Part shown: positions 1 to 10,134 of the stretch, in pieces
How positions within the stretch are numbered: the stretch's first letter is position 1
Layout of the letters: each line of letters starts with the position of its first letter
Assembly: GCA_965206645.1 (NCBI GenBank)
Contig: CBDBKE010000002.1
Location: 800,001 to 864,000, forward strand
Direction: 5' to 3'
Source of the DNA: Terriglobia bacterium
Lineage (GTDB): Bacteria; Acidobacteriota; Terriglobia; JAJPHL01; JAPKYU01
Length of the DNA stretch: 64,000 nucleotides
Translations under genes and position numbers: made by a program
The notes under the pieces: model-generated
Database searches by the model: none
What the model was told of the DNA's origin: nothing
What the model saw: only the letters and a program-made list of their open reading frames with translations

Positions 1-270
1 CTGAACCGGTTTGAGCACGTGGTCCGCTACGACGCCCGGCAACGTCGGATTGAAATGCATCTCCGCTCGCGGGTGCGCCAGACCGTCACCATCCCCAAGG
101 CTGCCTTCCAGGTCACGTTTCAAAGCGGTGAAACCATCTGGACCGAAAGCAGTCAAAAATTCGGTTCCCAGGAAGTGACCGAGATCGCCAAGCAAACCGG
201 TTTTCGCTGCCTGGACCAATGGATTGACTACGAGTGGCCCTTTGCGGAAAACCTCCTGATCGCAGAGTAA
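1..270 (+). CDS. egtD: L-histidine N-alpha-methyltransferase, C-terminal part (runs off the left edge)
   Basis: RIEMHLRS...F..GETIWTESSQKF motif typical of the EgtD C-terminus. Confidence 0.85.
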   Translation: MNRFEHVVRYDARQRRIEMHLRSRVRQTVTIPKAAFQVTFQSGETIWTESSQKFGSQEVTEIAKQTGFRCLDQWIDYEWPFAENLLIAE

Positions 271-309
271 GGGCCCCCTTTCTGGCTTGATCAAACCCTC
301 CCTCGATCC

Positions 310-840
310 CTACGGCACGCGTTCAATGCTGACGGATTCCAAAACAATCGGGGTGCGAGGTCTGTCCTGGGCGTCACGGGGGGCCTCGGAAATCCGTTTG
401 GCGATTTCTTGTCCTTCCACCACGCAGCCGAAAACAGTGTGGCGGCTGTCAAGCCAGGGAGTCGGCACCACGGTGATGAAGAACTGGCTTCCGTTCGTAT
501 TCGGGCCAGAATTGGCCATGGAAAGGATTCCCGGACAGTCATGTCTCAGGTCGGGATGGAATTCATCTTCAAACTTATAGCCCGGTCCGCCCGTGCCGTC
601 GCCCCGGGGGCAGCCACCCTGGATCATGAATTCGGGGAGGACGCGATGAAACCTCAGCTTGTTATAAAAAGGCCGCGTGACCTTGCCCCCGGTGGAGTCA
701 TCCAGGAACTCCCGCCGCCCTTCGGCAAGCGCGATGAAGTTTTCCACCGTCTTGGGCGCATGCTCCTCGAAAAGTCGGCAGATGATACGGCCCGTCGAAG
801 TCTCAAACGTCGCGTAAACACCGGGTTCGCGGTCAGCCAT
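310..840 (-). CDS. Cyclophilin-type peptidyl-prolyl cis-trans isomerase
   Basis: FHRVLPEFMIQGG, GTGGPGY, LSMANSGPNTNGSQFFIT motifs. Confidence 0.95.
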   Translation of the reverse strand: MADREPGVYATFETSTGRIICRLFEEHAPKTVENFIALAEGRREFLDDSTGGKVTRPFYNKLRFHRVLPEFMIQGGCPRGDGTGGPGYKFEDEFHPDLRHDCPGILSMANSGPNTNGSQFFITVVPTPWLDSRHTVFGCVVEGQEIAKRISEAPRDAQDRPRTPIVLESVSIERVP

Positions 841-1066
841 GGGTCCTCCGTGAGGGAAATGTGCTTAATGAGTCCGATTCCAAACTAGAGAGCAGTATGG
901 CAGGCGCAATGCTACGCCCCACTCGCAGGCAAGTCAACTTGCAGCAGGGTTGGTAGAGCTGAAGAGCTTTCATCCGGAGTTCGGTGGGTGTAATATTTTG
1001 CGGGTTCAGAGACGGCATTCGAACGAGGACCAGTAGAACTGAATTGTTAGGCTCCAAGGGGGACTG

Positions 1067-2326
1067 ATGACTCTCTTCGACATCTCGGCGATCTTGTTGT
1101 TCTTATCGGCAGTATTTGGCTACATCAATCACCGTTATCTGCATCTTCCTCATTCCATTGGGCTCCTCGTCATCGCCATGGCCTCGTCTCTCACGATTGT
1201 TGTTGTCGATCTGATCGTTCCGACCATTCACGTGGGACCAACACTATCGGGTGCATTGGTTCAGATCGATTTCCACGAAGCCCTCATGCGTGGGATGTTG
1301 AGCTTTCTATTATTCGCCGGAGCCCTTCATGTCGATTTCTCCGAATTGGCTAGTCGCAAATGGGCCATCTCTCTGATGGCAACTGTCGGCGTGCTGATGT
1401 CAACGTTCATCATTGGCGCCTCCATGTGGCATGTCCTTCAATTCTTCGGCATTCCCATTCCGTTCATCTGGGCCTTGGTGTTCGGTGCGCTCATCAGCCC
1501 CACCGATCCGGTCGCTGTGCTGGGCATTCTCAAAACGATCAAAATACCAAAATCGCTGGAAGCGAAAATTGCCGGTGAATCGCTGTTCAATGATGGGGTC
1601 GGCGTCGTTGTGTTTACGATTTTGCTTGCCATTGCCGTCCGCGGTAAACACGGAACTGTTGGGCCCATGGACGTCGTTGAACTGTTCGTCATCGAGGCCC
1701 TTGGCGGAGCCGTGTTGGGCATTGTGGCCGGGCACCTCGCCTACCGTGCCCTGAGCGCGATCGATGAATACGTCCTGGAAGTCGTCATGAGCCTGGCCTT
1801 GGTGATGGCTACCTACGCCATCGCCCTTCGTGTTCACGTCAGTGGTCCCATTGCGGTCGTCGTCGCCGGTCTTTTCATTGGTAACCACGGCGCCAGCTTT
1901 GCGATGAGCGAGACAACCCGTGGCCGTCTTTTCGACTTCTGGGAACTGATTGACGAGATCCTCAACTCCGTGCTGTTTCTCCTGATTGGCTTGGAAGTCT
2001 TGCTGCTGCGTTTTGACGTTGACTATCTTGGAGCTGCCTTACTGGCCATCCCCATCGCATTAGGAGCTCGGCTGATCAGTGTCTCGATACCCATTCTGTT
2101 GCTCTCCATACGAGGTAAATTTACAAAAGGAGCCGTGCCGGTGTTGGTCTGGGGTGGCCTCCGGGGTGGCATATCAGTCGCACTGGCTTTTTCGCTGCCA
2201 GAGAACGATATGAAGGCGTTAATTCTCGCCATCACCTATAGCGTCGTCGTCTTTTCTATCGTCGTACAGGGCCTGACCGTCAAGGCTGTGGTCGCGAAAG
2301 TGGTTCAGCCGGTATCGGACACGTAA
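1067..2326 (+). CDS. CPA1-family Na+/H+ antiporter (NhaP-like)
   Basis: Many hydrophobic helices; LISPTDPVAV, GESLFNDG and WGGLRGGIS motifs. Confidence 0.92.
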   Translation: MTLFDISAILLFLSAVFGYINHRYLHLPHSIGLLVIAMASSLTIVVVDLIVPTIHVGPTLSGALVQIDFHEALMRGMLSFLLFAGALHVDFSELASRKWAISLMATVGVLMSTFIIGASMWHVLQFFGIPIPFIWALVFGALISPTDPVAVLGILKTIKIPKSLEAKIAGESLFNDGVGVVVFTILLAIAVRGKHGTVGPMDVVELFVIEALGGAVLGIVAGHLAYRALSAIDEYVLEVVMSLALVMATYAIALRVHVSGPIAVVVAGLFIGNHGASFAMSETTRGRLFDFWELIDEILNSVLFLLIGLEVLLLRFDVDYLGAALLAIPIALGARLISVSIPILLLSIRGKFTKGAVPVLVWGGLRGGISVALAFSLPENDMKALILAITYSVVVFSIVVQGLTVKAVVAKVVQPVSDT

Positions 2327-2466
2327 CTGGAACACAAAACCAGTTCGATGCAAAAGGAAATTGGGACGATCGTATTCCGCGAAGTTCATGCAGCGCAGCG
2401 GGTCTCGGAAGGGGAGGTCGGACCGGGGACGTAAGCAGTTCTGGCCAGGGGTAAGGCGGGATGACG

Positions 2467-3279
2467 TCAAACCCTTTGCCTCGCTTCCTGTACCATCTCA
2501 ACCAGAACCGTTCTCGTTTCCTGTGGGTTTCTCACTTCCCGGGTGAACGGGATCCGGATGGCATGCACACGGTCTTCCGTTTCCAACCGCAAGTGAAAGC
2601 CTAGGCGATCGACCGATATCATCGTTGCTTCCTCCGCTTCTACCCCGGCAAGGCCTCGCGCCAGAACAACCAAGGCATCGGCGTGGTCAGCGTTCATGTG
2701 CTGGATGATTTCCGGGGCGGCGTCGGCCAGCGGATCAGCTTCCCCTCGGGCGTATTCATCAGCTCCCACCCAACCCATCACGCCGAAACCTCCCACGTAG
2801 TAGACATCGACCACCTCCATTCGGTAGAAGGCGAAGTCCTTGAAGTCCACCCAATACCTGGCGTTTTCGTACCGCGCCAGATAGAGGTCCCGCACCTGCT
2901 TCAGCTCTTCCTCCGGAACCGTTGCAGTCTTTCCCATAAGCGTGACCCGGCCGGCCCCCAGCGGATCCCCGCTCGCGTCGGGCTGGGTGACCAGCAGACT
3001 GGCGCGGGAGTCACCCAGAATATTCTGGGTGTGCATGGCCATGGTGCTTATGAGAAAGGAAGGATGCCCGAGTTGATCCAATCCGTAGGGCATCACCGAG
3101 CCGAACGGCCAGCCCGCCCGTTTCTGGGAGAGAGTCGACAGGCTGCCAATGCGACCGAGGTGCACCAGGGTGCGTGCGCGTTCAGCGTAGGAGGGCTCTG
3201 GAACCGGGGGTTCGTTGGTTGACGGTCCGCCGCCGGCGTGTTGTTGGCCAGCGTCCTGTCGGAAAGAGGGATTGGACAC
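2467..3279 (-). CDS. HugZ-family / PNPOx-like split-barrel protein with C-terminal DUF2470-type domain
   Basis: PFGSVMPY, HTQNILGDSRASLLV, YYVGGFG and HMNADHADA motifs; AGGAGG upstream of the GTG start. Confidence 0.85.
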   Translation of the reverse strand: MSNPSFRQDAGQQHAGGGPSTNEPPVPEPSYAERARTLVHLGRIGSLSTLSQKRAGWPFGSVMPYGLDQLGHPSFLISTMAMHTQNILGDSRASLLVTQPDASGDPLGAGRVTLMGKTATVPEEELKQVRDLYLARYENARYWVDFKDFAFYRMEVVDVYYVGGFGVMGWVGADEYARGEADPLADAAPEIIQHMNADHADALVVLARGLAGVEAEEATMISVDRLGFHLRLETEDRVHAIRIPFTREVRNPQETRTVLVEMVQEARQRV

Positions 3280-3350
3280 TCGGCATTCCTCCTGTTACCC
3301 CTGCCCTAGCTGTCTCGGTTGACTATTCTACCCCCCGCTCGATCCGCCTG

Positions 3351-4385
3351 TCAGGGGACCTGAGCGCCCTGAGTTTCGACATAGAGGGCGTAGAGAGATT
3401 GGCTGCCGGTCATGAACAGCCGGTTCCGTTTCACGCCTCCGAAGCACAGGTTTGAGCAGACCTCGGGAAGGTGGATTTTGCCAATCAGCTTGCCGTCCGG
3501 CGCGAAGACATGGACGCCGTCATAGCCCTCGCCAGCCCAGGCCGCGCTGGACCAGAGGTTCCCCTCAGTGTCACACCGGATGCCGTCAGCCAAACCCGGC
3601 GCCATATCACAAAACACTCGGCCGTTGGCGAGGCCCTTCCCATCCACAACATCATAGACCAGAACATGGCGCGGATGATCGGGCTTGTGCGTCGCTCCGG
3701 TTTCGGCGACGTAGAGCCTGGATTCATCGGGCGAGAAGCAGAGGCCGTTCGGTTTTTCGATTTCTTCAGCCACGACTTTCGCTTTACCGGTGTCCGGATC
3801 GATGTGATAGACGCATGTCGGCAATTCGAATTCCGCCTTGTACCCCTCGTAATGCAAAAGACTGCCGTAGCCGGGGTCGGTGAACCAGACTCCGCCGTTC
3901 GAATGAACCACGGCATCATTTGGCGCGTTCAACCGTTTCCCCTCAAAGCGCTCGAGCAGCACCGTGATGGCGCCATCATGCTCGGTGCGCGTGACGCGCC
4001 GAGCTCCATGCTCGCAGGTGATCAGCCGCCCTTGCTTATCGCGAGTGTTGCCGTTACTGAAGTTCGAGGGTTTGCGGAAAACGCTGACCTCGCCGGTCTC
4101 CTCGACCCAGCGCATAATCCGATTGTTGGGAATATCGCTCCAGAGCAGGAACCGCCCGTCGCCGAACCAGACAGGACCCTCCGCCCACCGCGTGCCGGTG
4201 TGCAAGCGCTCGACGGCGGCGTTGCCGAGTTTGTATTTCGCGAAGCGTGGGTCGATCACTTCCACGGCAGGGTCCGGATAGCGAACCGAAGCAGGATCGT
4301 CCCAATCTCGCGCTAGGACCGGGGACTGGACCGCCAAACTCGAAGCCGCGGCCCCAGCCACCTTCATGAATGTCCGTCTATGCAT
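3351..4385 (-). CDS. SMP-30/gluconolactonase family protein with Tat signal
   Basis: WAEGPVW, LNAPND, PNGLCFSPDE, DGIRCD motifs; start MHRRTFMK (twin Arg) preceded by AGGAGG. Confidence 0.92.
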   Translation of the reverse strand: MHRRTFMKVAGAAASSLAVQSPVLARDWDDPASVRYPDPAVEVIDPRFAKYKLGNAAVERLHTGTRWAEGPVWFGDGRFLLWSDIPNNRIMRWVEETGEVSVFRKPSNFSNGNTRDKQGRLITCEHGARRVTRTEHDGAITVLLERFEGKRLNAPNDAVVHSNGGVWFTDPGYGSLLHYEGYKAEFELPTCVYHIDPDTGKAKVVAEEIEKPNGLCFSPDESRLYVAETGATHKPDHPRHVLVYDVVDGKGLANGRVFCDMAPGLADGIRCDTEGNLWSSAAWAGEGYDGVHVFAPDGKLIGKIHLPEVCSNLCFGGVKRNRLFMTGSQSLYALYVETQGAQVP

Positions 4386-4536
4386 CGCTGAATCCTCCTG
4401 TCGCTTCAAGATGTAGGTCTGTATCAAAACTTGAATGGAACGATCGCAGAATTTTCCTCCTCCGTCAGCAGCGCAGTCAAGGAAAAGCTTGAAATCCCGG
4501 TTTGCATACACCCTCACCTCCCGCAGCCCGGAAGTG

Positions 4537-4565
4537 TTGACACGCCTTCGGGTGCGGCTTAGGAT
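4537..4565 (+). promoter_or_regulatory. Sigma70-like promoter for the propeller gene
   Basis: TTGACA-17 nt-TAGGAT, about 35 nt upstream of the ATG at 4599. Confidence 0.6.
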
Positions 4566-4598
4566 GGGATTCCACCTAATCAGAGATGGGAGTATTCC

Positions 4599-5945
4599 AT
4601 GAGACGGATAGCTGCGATCCCGCTACTGTGTCTGATTTCCGGATTGGCGATGGGCTGGTGGCCGGGTGCTTCCACGGAGCCGGAACGCTTCTGGCCGCAG
4701 TGGCGGGGGCCACACGCAACCGGCGTGGCGCCGTTCGGTGATCCGCCTGTCGAATGGAGCGAAGATCGAAACGTGAAGTGGAAGGTCGCGATTCCCGGCA
4801 AGGGTTCTTCCTCGCCCATCGTTTGGGGCGACCGTGTCTTTGTGACCACGGCCGTCTCAACGGGGAAAAAGGCCGAAGCGCCGAGTAAAGGCTCCCAGGC
4901 CGCCGGGGGACGTCGCTTCCATATGCGCGGCATTGAGCCGACCGAAGTGCAAAGGTTCGCAATCTTCGCCATTGACCGGAAGAGTGGCAAGGTTCTCTGG
5001 CAGCGGACCCTGCGCGAAGAGCTCCCCCACGAGGGCACGCATCCCACAGGAACCTGGGCCTCGAACTCTCCCGTCACCGACGGTGAACACGTTTACGCCT
5101 ATTTCGGCTCCCGCGGCCTTTATTGCCTGGACTGGGAGGGCAACCTGATCTGGGAAAAAGACCTGGGCGACATGATCATCAAGCTCGGCTTCGGCGAAGG
5201 CAGTTCCCCTTTCCTCTACGGCGACAAAATTGTTCTGAACTGGGATCATGAAGGACCGTCCTTCACCATTGCCCTGGACAAGAAGACGGGCAAGGAACTG
5301 TGGAGAGCCCGCCGGGAGGAAGAAACGTCGTGGGCCACCCCCGTTGTGGTGGAGCACGGAGGGAAGCCGCAAGTCGTCACCAGCGCCACGAACCGCGTGC
5401 GCAGCTATGACCTGGCGACGGGGAGGTTGATCTGGGAGACCACAGGCATGACGATGAACGCCATTCCCTCGCCCGTGGCCTCCGGCGGCATAATCTTTGT
5501 CACCAGCGGGTTCCGAGGGAATGCACTGCTTGCCATTCGCCTGGATGGCGCGGTCGAAGACATCAGTGATTCAAAGAGCATCGTCTGGAAGCTGGACCGG
5601 GATACACCCTACGCCCCCTCCCCGCTTCTCTACAAAGATACGCTCTATTTGCTGAAGCGGAATTCCGGGATTCTCTCCTGTTTCAACGCTCGGACGGGAC
5701 AGGAATACTATCGACAGAAGCGGCTGGAGGGGATCGGGGATGTTTATTCTTCGCCGGTCGGCGCAAGTGGGCGCGTGTACGTGACCGACCGGGAGGGTGC
5801 GACCGTCGTTCTCGAGCGCGGCCCCGAGTTCAAAGTGCTGGGGACGAACAAGCTCGATGATGGCTTCGACGCTTCCCCTGCTATCGTGGATAAGGAAATC
5901 TACCTCCGCGGCCGCCACCACCTCTATCGCATCTCAGAAAACTGA
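4599..5945 (+). CDS. Secreted PQQ-like (BamB-like) beta-propeller protein
   Basis: Signal peptide, WPQWRGP, SSPIVWGDRVF, repeated D..TGK..W blades. Confidence 0.85.
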   Translation: MRRIAAIPLLCLISGLAMGWWPGASTEPERFWPQWRGPHATGVAPFGDPPVEWSEDRNVKWKVAIPGKGSSSPIVWGDRVFVTTAVSTGKKAEAPSKGSQAAGGRRFHMRGIEPTEVQRFAIFAIDRKSGKVLWQRTLREELPHEGTHPTGTWASNSPVTDGEHVYAYFGSRGLYCLDWEGNLIWEKDLGDMIIKLGFGEGSSPFLYGDKIVLNWDHEGPSFTIALDKKTGKELWRARREEETSWATPVVVEHGGKPQVVTSATNRVRSYDLATGRLIWETTGMTMNAIPSPVASGGIIFVTSGFRGNALLAIRLDGAVEDISDSKSIVWKLDRDTPYAPSPLLYKDTLYLLKRNSGILSCFNARTGQEYYRQKRLEGIGDVYSSPVGASGRVYVTDREGATVVLERGPEFKVLGTNKLDDGFDASPAIVDKEIYLRGRHHLYRISEN

Positions 5946-6055
5946 ACGCGCGCGTCACGCGACTTGACTTGGGAGGCTCACGTTGATGGAAATGAGTTCC
6001 ATGTCAGCAGACGAAAGATCACTTTCTCCTCAGCGTTTTGTCAAGCAGCTGGCAT

Positions 6056-7702
6056 CTAATCCATTGGCGAGCTCCTGATGATGGGAACATGGATCAGGGT
6101 AGGTTGCTTCCGGGCGAGGCCCTCTCGCAGTGCCGGTTGAATTTGCTCTCGGTTTGAGATGCGCACACCGTGGCACCCGAAACCTTCCGCCACCAGGTCG
6201 AAACGGATGGGGCCGAGTTCACTGGCCATACCGCGGCCGAACGCACGCTGCTGTTCGCTGAGGGTGATCCCCCAAGCGGCGTCATCCGCCAGCAGGACAA
6301 CGAAGTTCAAACCCTGCCGCGCAGCTGTTTCCAATTCAGCAATCGTAAACGTGAGTGCTCCGTCACCCGAGAGCAGAATAACGGGCCGGTCCGGAAAAAG
6401 CAGACGTGCCGCCATAGCTGCCGGGAGCCCATAGCCGACCACGCCGCTTGCCCCGCACGTGAGCCAGTGGCCCGGATAACGATCGCATAGAATCTGGTGC
6501 GCCCATTGTCCGATGCTGCCGCCGTCCAGGAGTAGGACAGTGTCTTCCGTTAACACGGTTTGGAGTGCGCGAAGGATATCGAGAGCATGCAAACCCTCTT
6601 TGTCTCGTTCGCGGGCTCGTTCGCGGGCAGCGAGACACCTGGTTTGAAATTCTCGTCTACGCGACTGAGCTTCTTTCAGCCAGGCCGAGTGTGGAGGAAT
6701 TTGTCGTCGTCGGCATTCTTCGTGCAATTGCTCCAGTACAGTACGTGGGTCCCCCTGGATGGGCAGGTGAACTCCTACCCCCATGTGAAGCTCATTCGGA
6801 TCAACATCAATTCGAATGACCCGAACATTTTCCAGCACGGCTGGCGGCTGGAGGTAGCCGATCCGATAGTCAAATCTTACCCCTGCAAGAATGACCAGGT
6901 CGGCTTCGGGGAGAAGCAGTGGCTCCCCGGTTGGCGCACCGAGAACTCCCAGAAATTCCTTGAAGGGTTTGGGGATGGCTCCTCGATCCCAAATGGGAGT
7001 CACCACCGGGATGGCGTAGCTTTCCACAAATTCAGCCAGTGCTGCTTCCCCCTCCGCATAGAAAACACCGCTGCCCGCAATCAGGAGCGGGCGCTCCGCT
7101 TCGCCCAACCAATTCGTGGCTTCTGCAATTAGCCGCGGGTCGCCCGGGGCGTTCAGGCTCACTGCGCCTGAGCGTTTCGGTGAGCGAACCACCCGAGTGA
7201 GGTCAACGTCCGCGGTCTGGACATCGAGCGGCAGTGTGAGATGAACAGGACCGGGCCGACCTGATGTGGCAGCCGCGAAGGCTTCTTCGATCATCTGGGG
7301 GATACGCTCTGGTACTTCGACCGTCCGAGCCCATTTGCAAACCGGTGCCGCGAGTGCCACTTGGTCGAGATCCTGAAAGTGGCCCATGCCTCGGGTTCGA
7401 AGGGGGCCGCTTCCACTGATGACGAGCATGGGGGCTCCGTCCATATGAGCATTGACGACGCCCGTCATCGCGTTCGCATGCGCCACGCCGCTGGTCACAG
7501 CGCACACTCCCACTTGTCGGCTCAAACGCCCATACGCCTCGGCGATGTACGCGGCGGCTTGTTCATTGCGGGTGTCTACCAATCTGAGTCCGGCCTGTTC
7601 TAAAGCCGCATAAAACGGGCTAAGCACGTGGCCACATAGGGTGGCTACGAACCTAACCTCTCGCCTCCGCAGCTCATCCGCGAGCACTTGGGCGCCGTTC
7701 AT
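6056..7702 (-). CDS. Thiamine-pyrophosphate-dependent enzyme (acetolactate-synthase-like family)
   Basis: TRNEQAAAY, GRPGPVHL, GDGA...TPP-binding motif. Confidence 0.9.
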   Translation of the reverse strand: MNGAQVLADELRRREVRFVATLCGHVLSPFYAALEQAGLRLVDTRNEQAAAYIAEAYGRLSRQVGVCAVTSGVAHANAMTGVVNAHMDGAPMLVISGSGPLRTRGMGHFQDLDQVALAAPVCKWARTVEVPERIPQMIEEAFAAATSGRPGPVHLTLPLDVQTADVDLTRVVRSPKRSGAVSLNAPGDPRLIAEATNWLGEAERPLLIAGSGVFYAEGEAALAEFVESYAIPVVTPIWDRGAIPKPFKEFLGVLGAPTGEPLLLPEADLVILAGVRFDYRIGYLQPPAVLENVRVIRIDVDPNELHMGVGVHLPIQGDPRTVLEQLHEECRRRQIPPHSAWLKEAQSRRREFQTRCLAARERARERDKEGLHALDILRALQTVLTEDTVLLLDGGSIGQWAHQILCDRYPGHWLTCGASGVVGYGLPAAMAARLLFPDRPVILLSGDGALTFTIAELETAARQGLNFVVLLADDAAWGITLSEQQRAFGRGMASELGPIRFDLVAEGFGCHGVRISNREQIQPALREGLARKQPTLIHVPIIRSSPMD

Positions 7703-7753
7703 ACGTGTCTCCTCCTGCGGCAAAAGAATTGCAAGGGCTTCGTGAGCCTTACT

Positions 7754-9094
7754 TCATTTCATCAACCCCGATGGTGCCGGAGGCAGCAGCCCAAGGATTC
7801 CCTCAATACGTGCAGCCATACGAAGTAGGACTTCATCCTGCTGCCAACAGCCAACAACTTGAAGGCCGAGCGGCAGGCCGTTTCCGCTCAATCCGGAAGG
7901 CAGACTGATTGCCGGGAGCCCACAGTGGGTCCAAGGGAGGTTCATGATGGGGTCGCCGGTGCTCTCGAGACCCTCGGGGGCGGGGCCCACTGCCGAGGGA
8001 GCCACTAGCGCCGTCAAGCCATGCTGCTCCATCAGGCGCAGGATTTCTGAGCGTAATTTCTCACGGCCTGCAAGTCCGGCCCTGAAATCCTCCGGCAAGA
8101 CCTTTTGCCCTTTCTCGATTAGCGCGCCGGTTTTGAGATGATACAGATGGCGGTAGCGTGGGAACCATTCCCGGTGCACCTCGGCCATCTCGGCGGCCAT
8201 AAGTTTGACGTGCCGGGCGGCAATGTCGTCAAGATCCTGCATAGCATGGAAATCTTTGATCTCCACTCCGGACTTTGCAAGCCGCCGGCAGGTCTCGTGA
8301 AAGTGTTTCAGGCCCTCCTGGCTCGTTCGTTCCAGATACGGACCCTGGGGCACTCCCAGGACCGGCGTGCTGGTTGAAGAACCCGGCGACCATCCATCCA
8401 CAAGGCCATCCACAAGGATGGATGCCGCCACCTCCGCGCTTTCCACATCCGAGGTGAAGAAACCGACAGTGTCGAACGACGAGGACACGGGAAGGACCCC
8501 ATCGGTCGAAATCCGCCCGTAGCTCGGCTTGAAACCTACCACACCGCAGAAGGCAGCAGGCCGAATGACAGAGCCGATGGTTTGCGAACCCAAGGCCAGC
8601 GGGCACATTCCGGCCGCGACCGCCGCTGCCGAGCCGCTCGATGAGCCACCCGGCGTGTGGTTCACCTGATATGGGTTTCGCGTCAGCCCGGCGGCAAAGT
8701 AGGCGAATTCAGTGGTGACGGTCTTTCCCAAAATCAGCGCGCCAGCGTTTTTGAGAGCCGTCACACAGGCGGCTTCCGGCCCGGCAAACAACTCCGGCGG
8801 GAGCTTGCTCCCCGCCCGGGTAGGCATCCCTGCCACGCCGAAAATGTCCTTCACCCCGATCGCAATGCCGTAGAGCGGCGGGCGCGACGCGAGGTCGTGA
8901 AAACGCACCTCCAATTCCCGTGCCTCCCTACCTAGACGGTCGAAACGGTCGGACGGCTCTTCAAGAAATGCGAAGACCCTGGGATTTTGTTTCTCAAAGA
9001 TCTCCCGCAGTTGCTTCCGGTAGTCCGCATGAGAGAGCGCCCCGGATCGTAGTGCCTCCGCCAGGGAGGGTATTTTTTCTTTACGCTGATCCAT
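7754..9094 (-). CDS. Amidase-signature family enzyme
   Basis: GVKD, GKTVTTEFA, TPGGSSSGSAAAVA, GSQTIGSVIRPAAFCG; start placed at MDQRK (uncertain). Confidence 0.9.
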   Translation of the reverse strand: MDQRKEKIPSLAEALRSGALSHADYRKQLREIFEKQNPRVFAFLEEPSDRFDRLGREARELEVRFHDLASRPPLYGIAIGVKDIFGVAGMPTRAGSKLPPELFAGPEAACVTALKNAGALILGKTVTTEFAYFAAGLTRNPYQVNHTPGGSSSGSAAAVAAGMCPLALGSQTIGSVIRPAAFCGVVGFKPSYGRISTDGVLPVSSSFDTVGFFTSDVESAEVAASILVDGLVDGWSPGSSTSTPVLGVPQGPYLERTSQEGLKHFHETCRRLAKSGVEIKDFHAMQDLDDIAARHVKLMAAEMAEVHREWFPRYRHLYHLKTGALIEKGQKVLPEDFRAGLAGREKLRSEILRLMEQHGLTALVAPSAVGPAPEGLESTGDPIMNLPWTHCGLPAISLPSGLSGNGLPLGLQVVGCWQQDEVLLRMAARIEGILGLLPPAPSGLMK

Positions 9095-9299
9095 GAGTTT
9101 TGTCGACTTTGGTGGCAACATTCTACAGTAACAATCTGACCCCTGCGAATTTCGGGTTCCCTTGTTCCGGCGGGGTCGCGCGTTCTCGCGCGAGCACCCA
9201 AGAAATTCGATGAAGGGTTCGAGCTCAGGGGTATCGTCTGGAACGGCTTCCTGCCTTCGATCCATCAAGGCTCATTCATCTATCCCGAGCAAGAAGAGC

Positions 9300-10070
9300 C
9301 GCTCAACAACGTTCGGCCTCGCGAGTCCGACAGTTTGCAGCGCAAGCGCATCTCTTTGGTCAATGATCTGCACCGGAGATTCCTTGCCAAAATTGACGGA
9401 CACTCGCAAGTCGAAGCTGCGATCAAGAATTACGAGGTCGCCTATCGAATGCAGAGGGCGGTTCCGGAACTCGTGGACTCCAGAGGGGAAACCGAAGCCA
9501 CAAAAAAGCTCTACGGGCTCGACTCCGAGGTTGACTCCACGGCCGCCTACGCGCCAGTGCTTGGTCGCCCGGCGGCTCGTCGAGCGCGGCGTGCGCTTCG
9601 TGGAGCTGACCATGGTCGGCACCAAGGACATGATAAGCATGAGCAATCCTTGGGACCAGCACAGCAAACTCAAGGAAGGACACGCCGCTAATGCCCTCAC
9701 CGTCGACCAACCCATCGCTGCGCTGGTCAAGGACCTCAAGGCCCGAGGACTGCTCGACGACACCCTCGTCATCTTCTCCGGCGAGTTCGGACGCACCCCT
9801 TTCGTCCAAGGCGCCAACGGACGCGATCACAACCCCTATGGCTTCAGTTTGTGGCTAGCCGGCGGCGGGCTCAAGAAAGGCTTGATCTACGGCGAGACCG
9901 ATGAGTACGGTTACCACGTCGTTGCGAACAAGCAAACCATCCACAATCTCCACGCGACGATCCTCCACCTGCTCGGCCTCGACCATGAAAACCTCACCTT
10001 CCGCTTCGGCGGCTGCGACTTCCGCCTTACCGATGTCGAGGGTCATCTGATCAAAGAAATCCTCGCTTAA
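9300..10070 (+). pseudogene. DUF1501-family C-terminal fragment, 5'-truncated and frameshifted near 9550
   Basis: YEVAYRMQ...LYG in one frame continues as [19 protein letters not shown]...GEFGRTP..GRDHNP in another. Confidence 0.8.
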
Positions 10071-10134
10071 GTGACAGGTTTTTGCTTAGTAAGGACACCC
10101 AAGGGATCCCTTCGGTTCGAAAAGCCCTATCGCG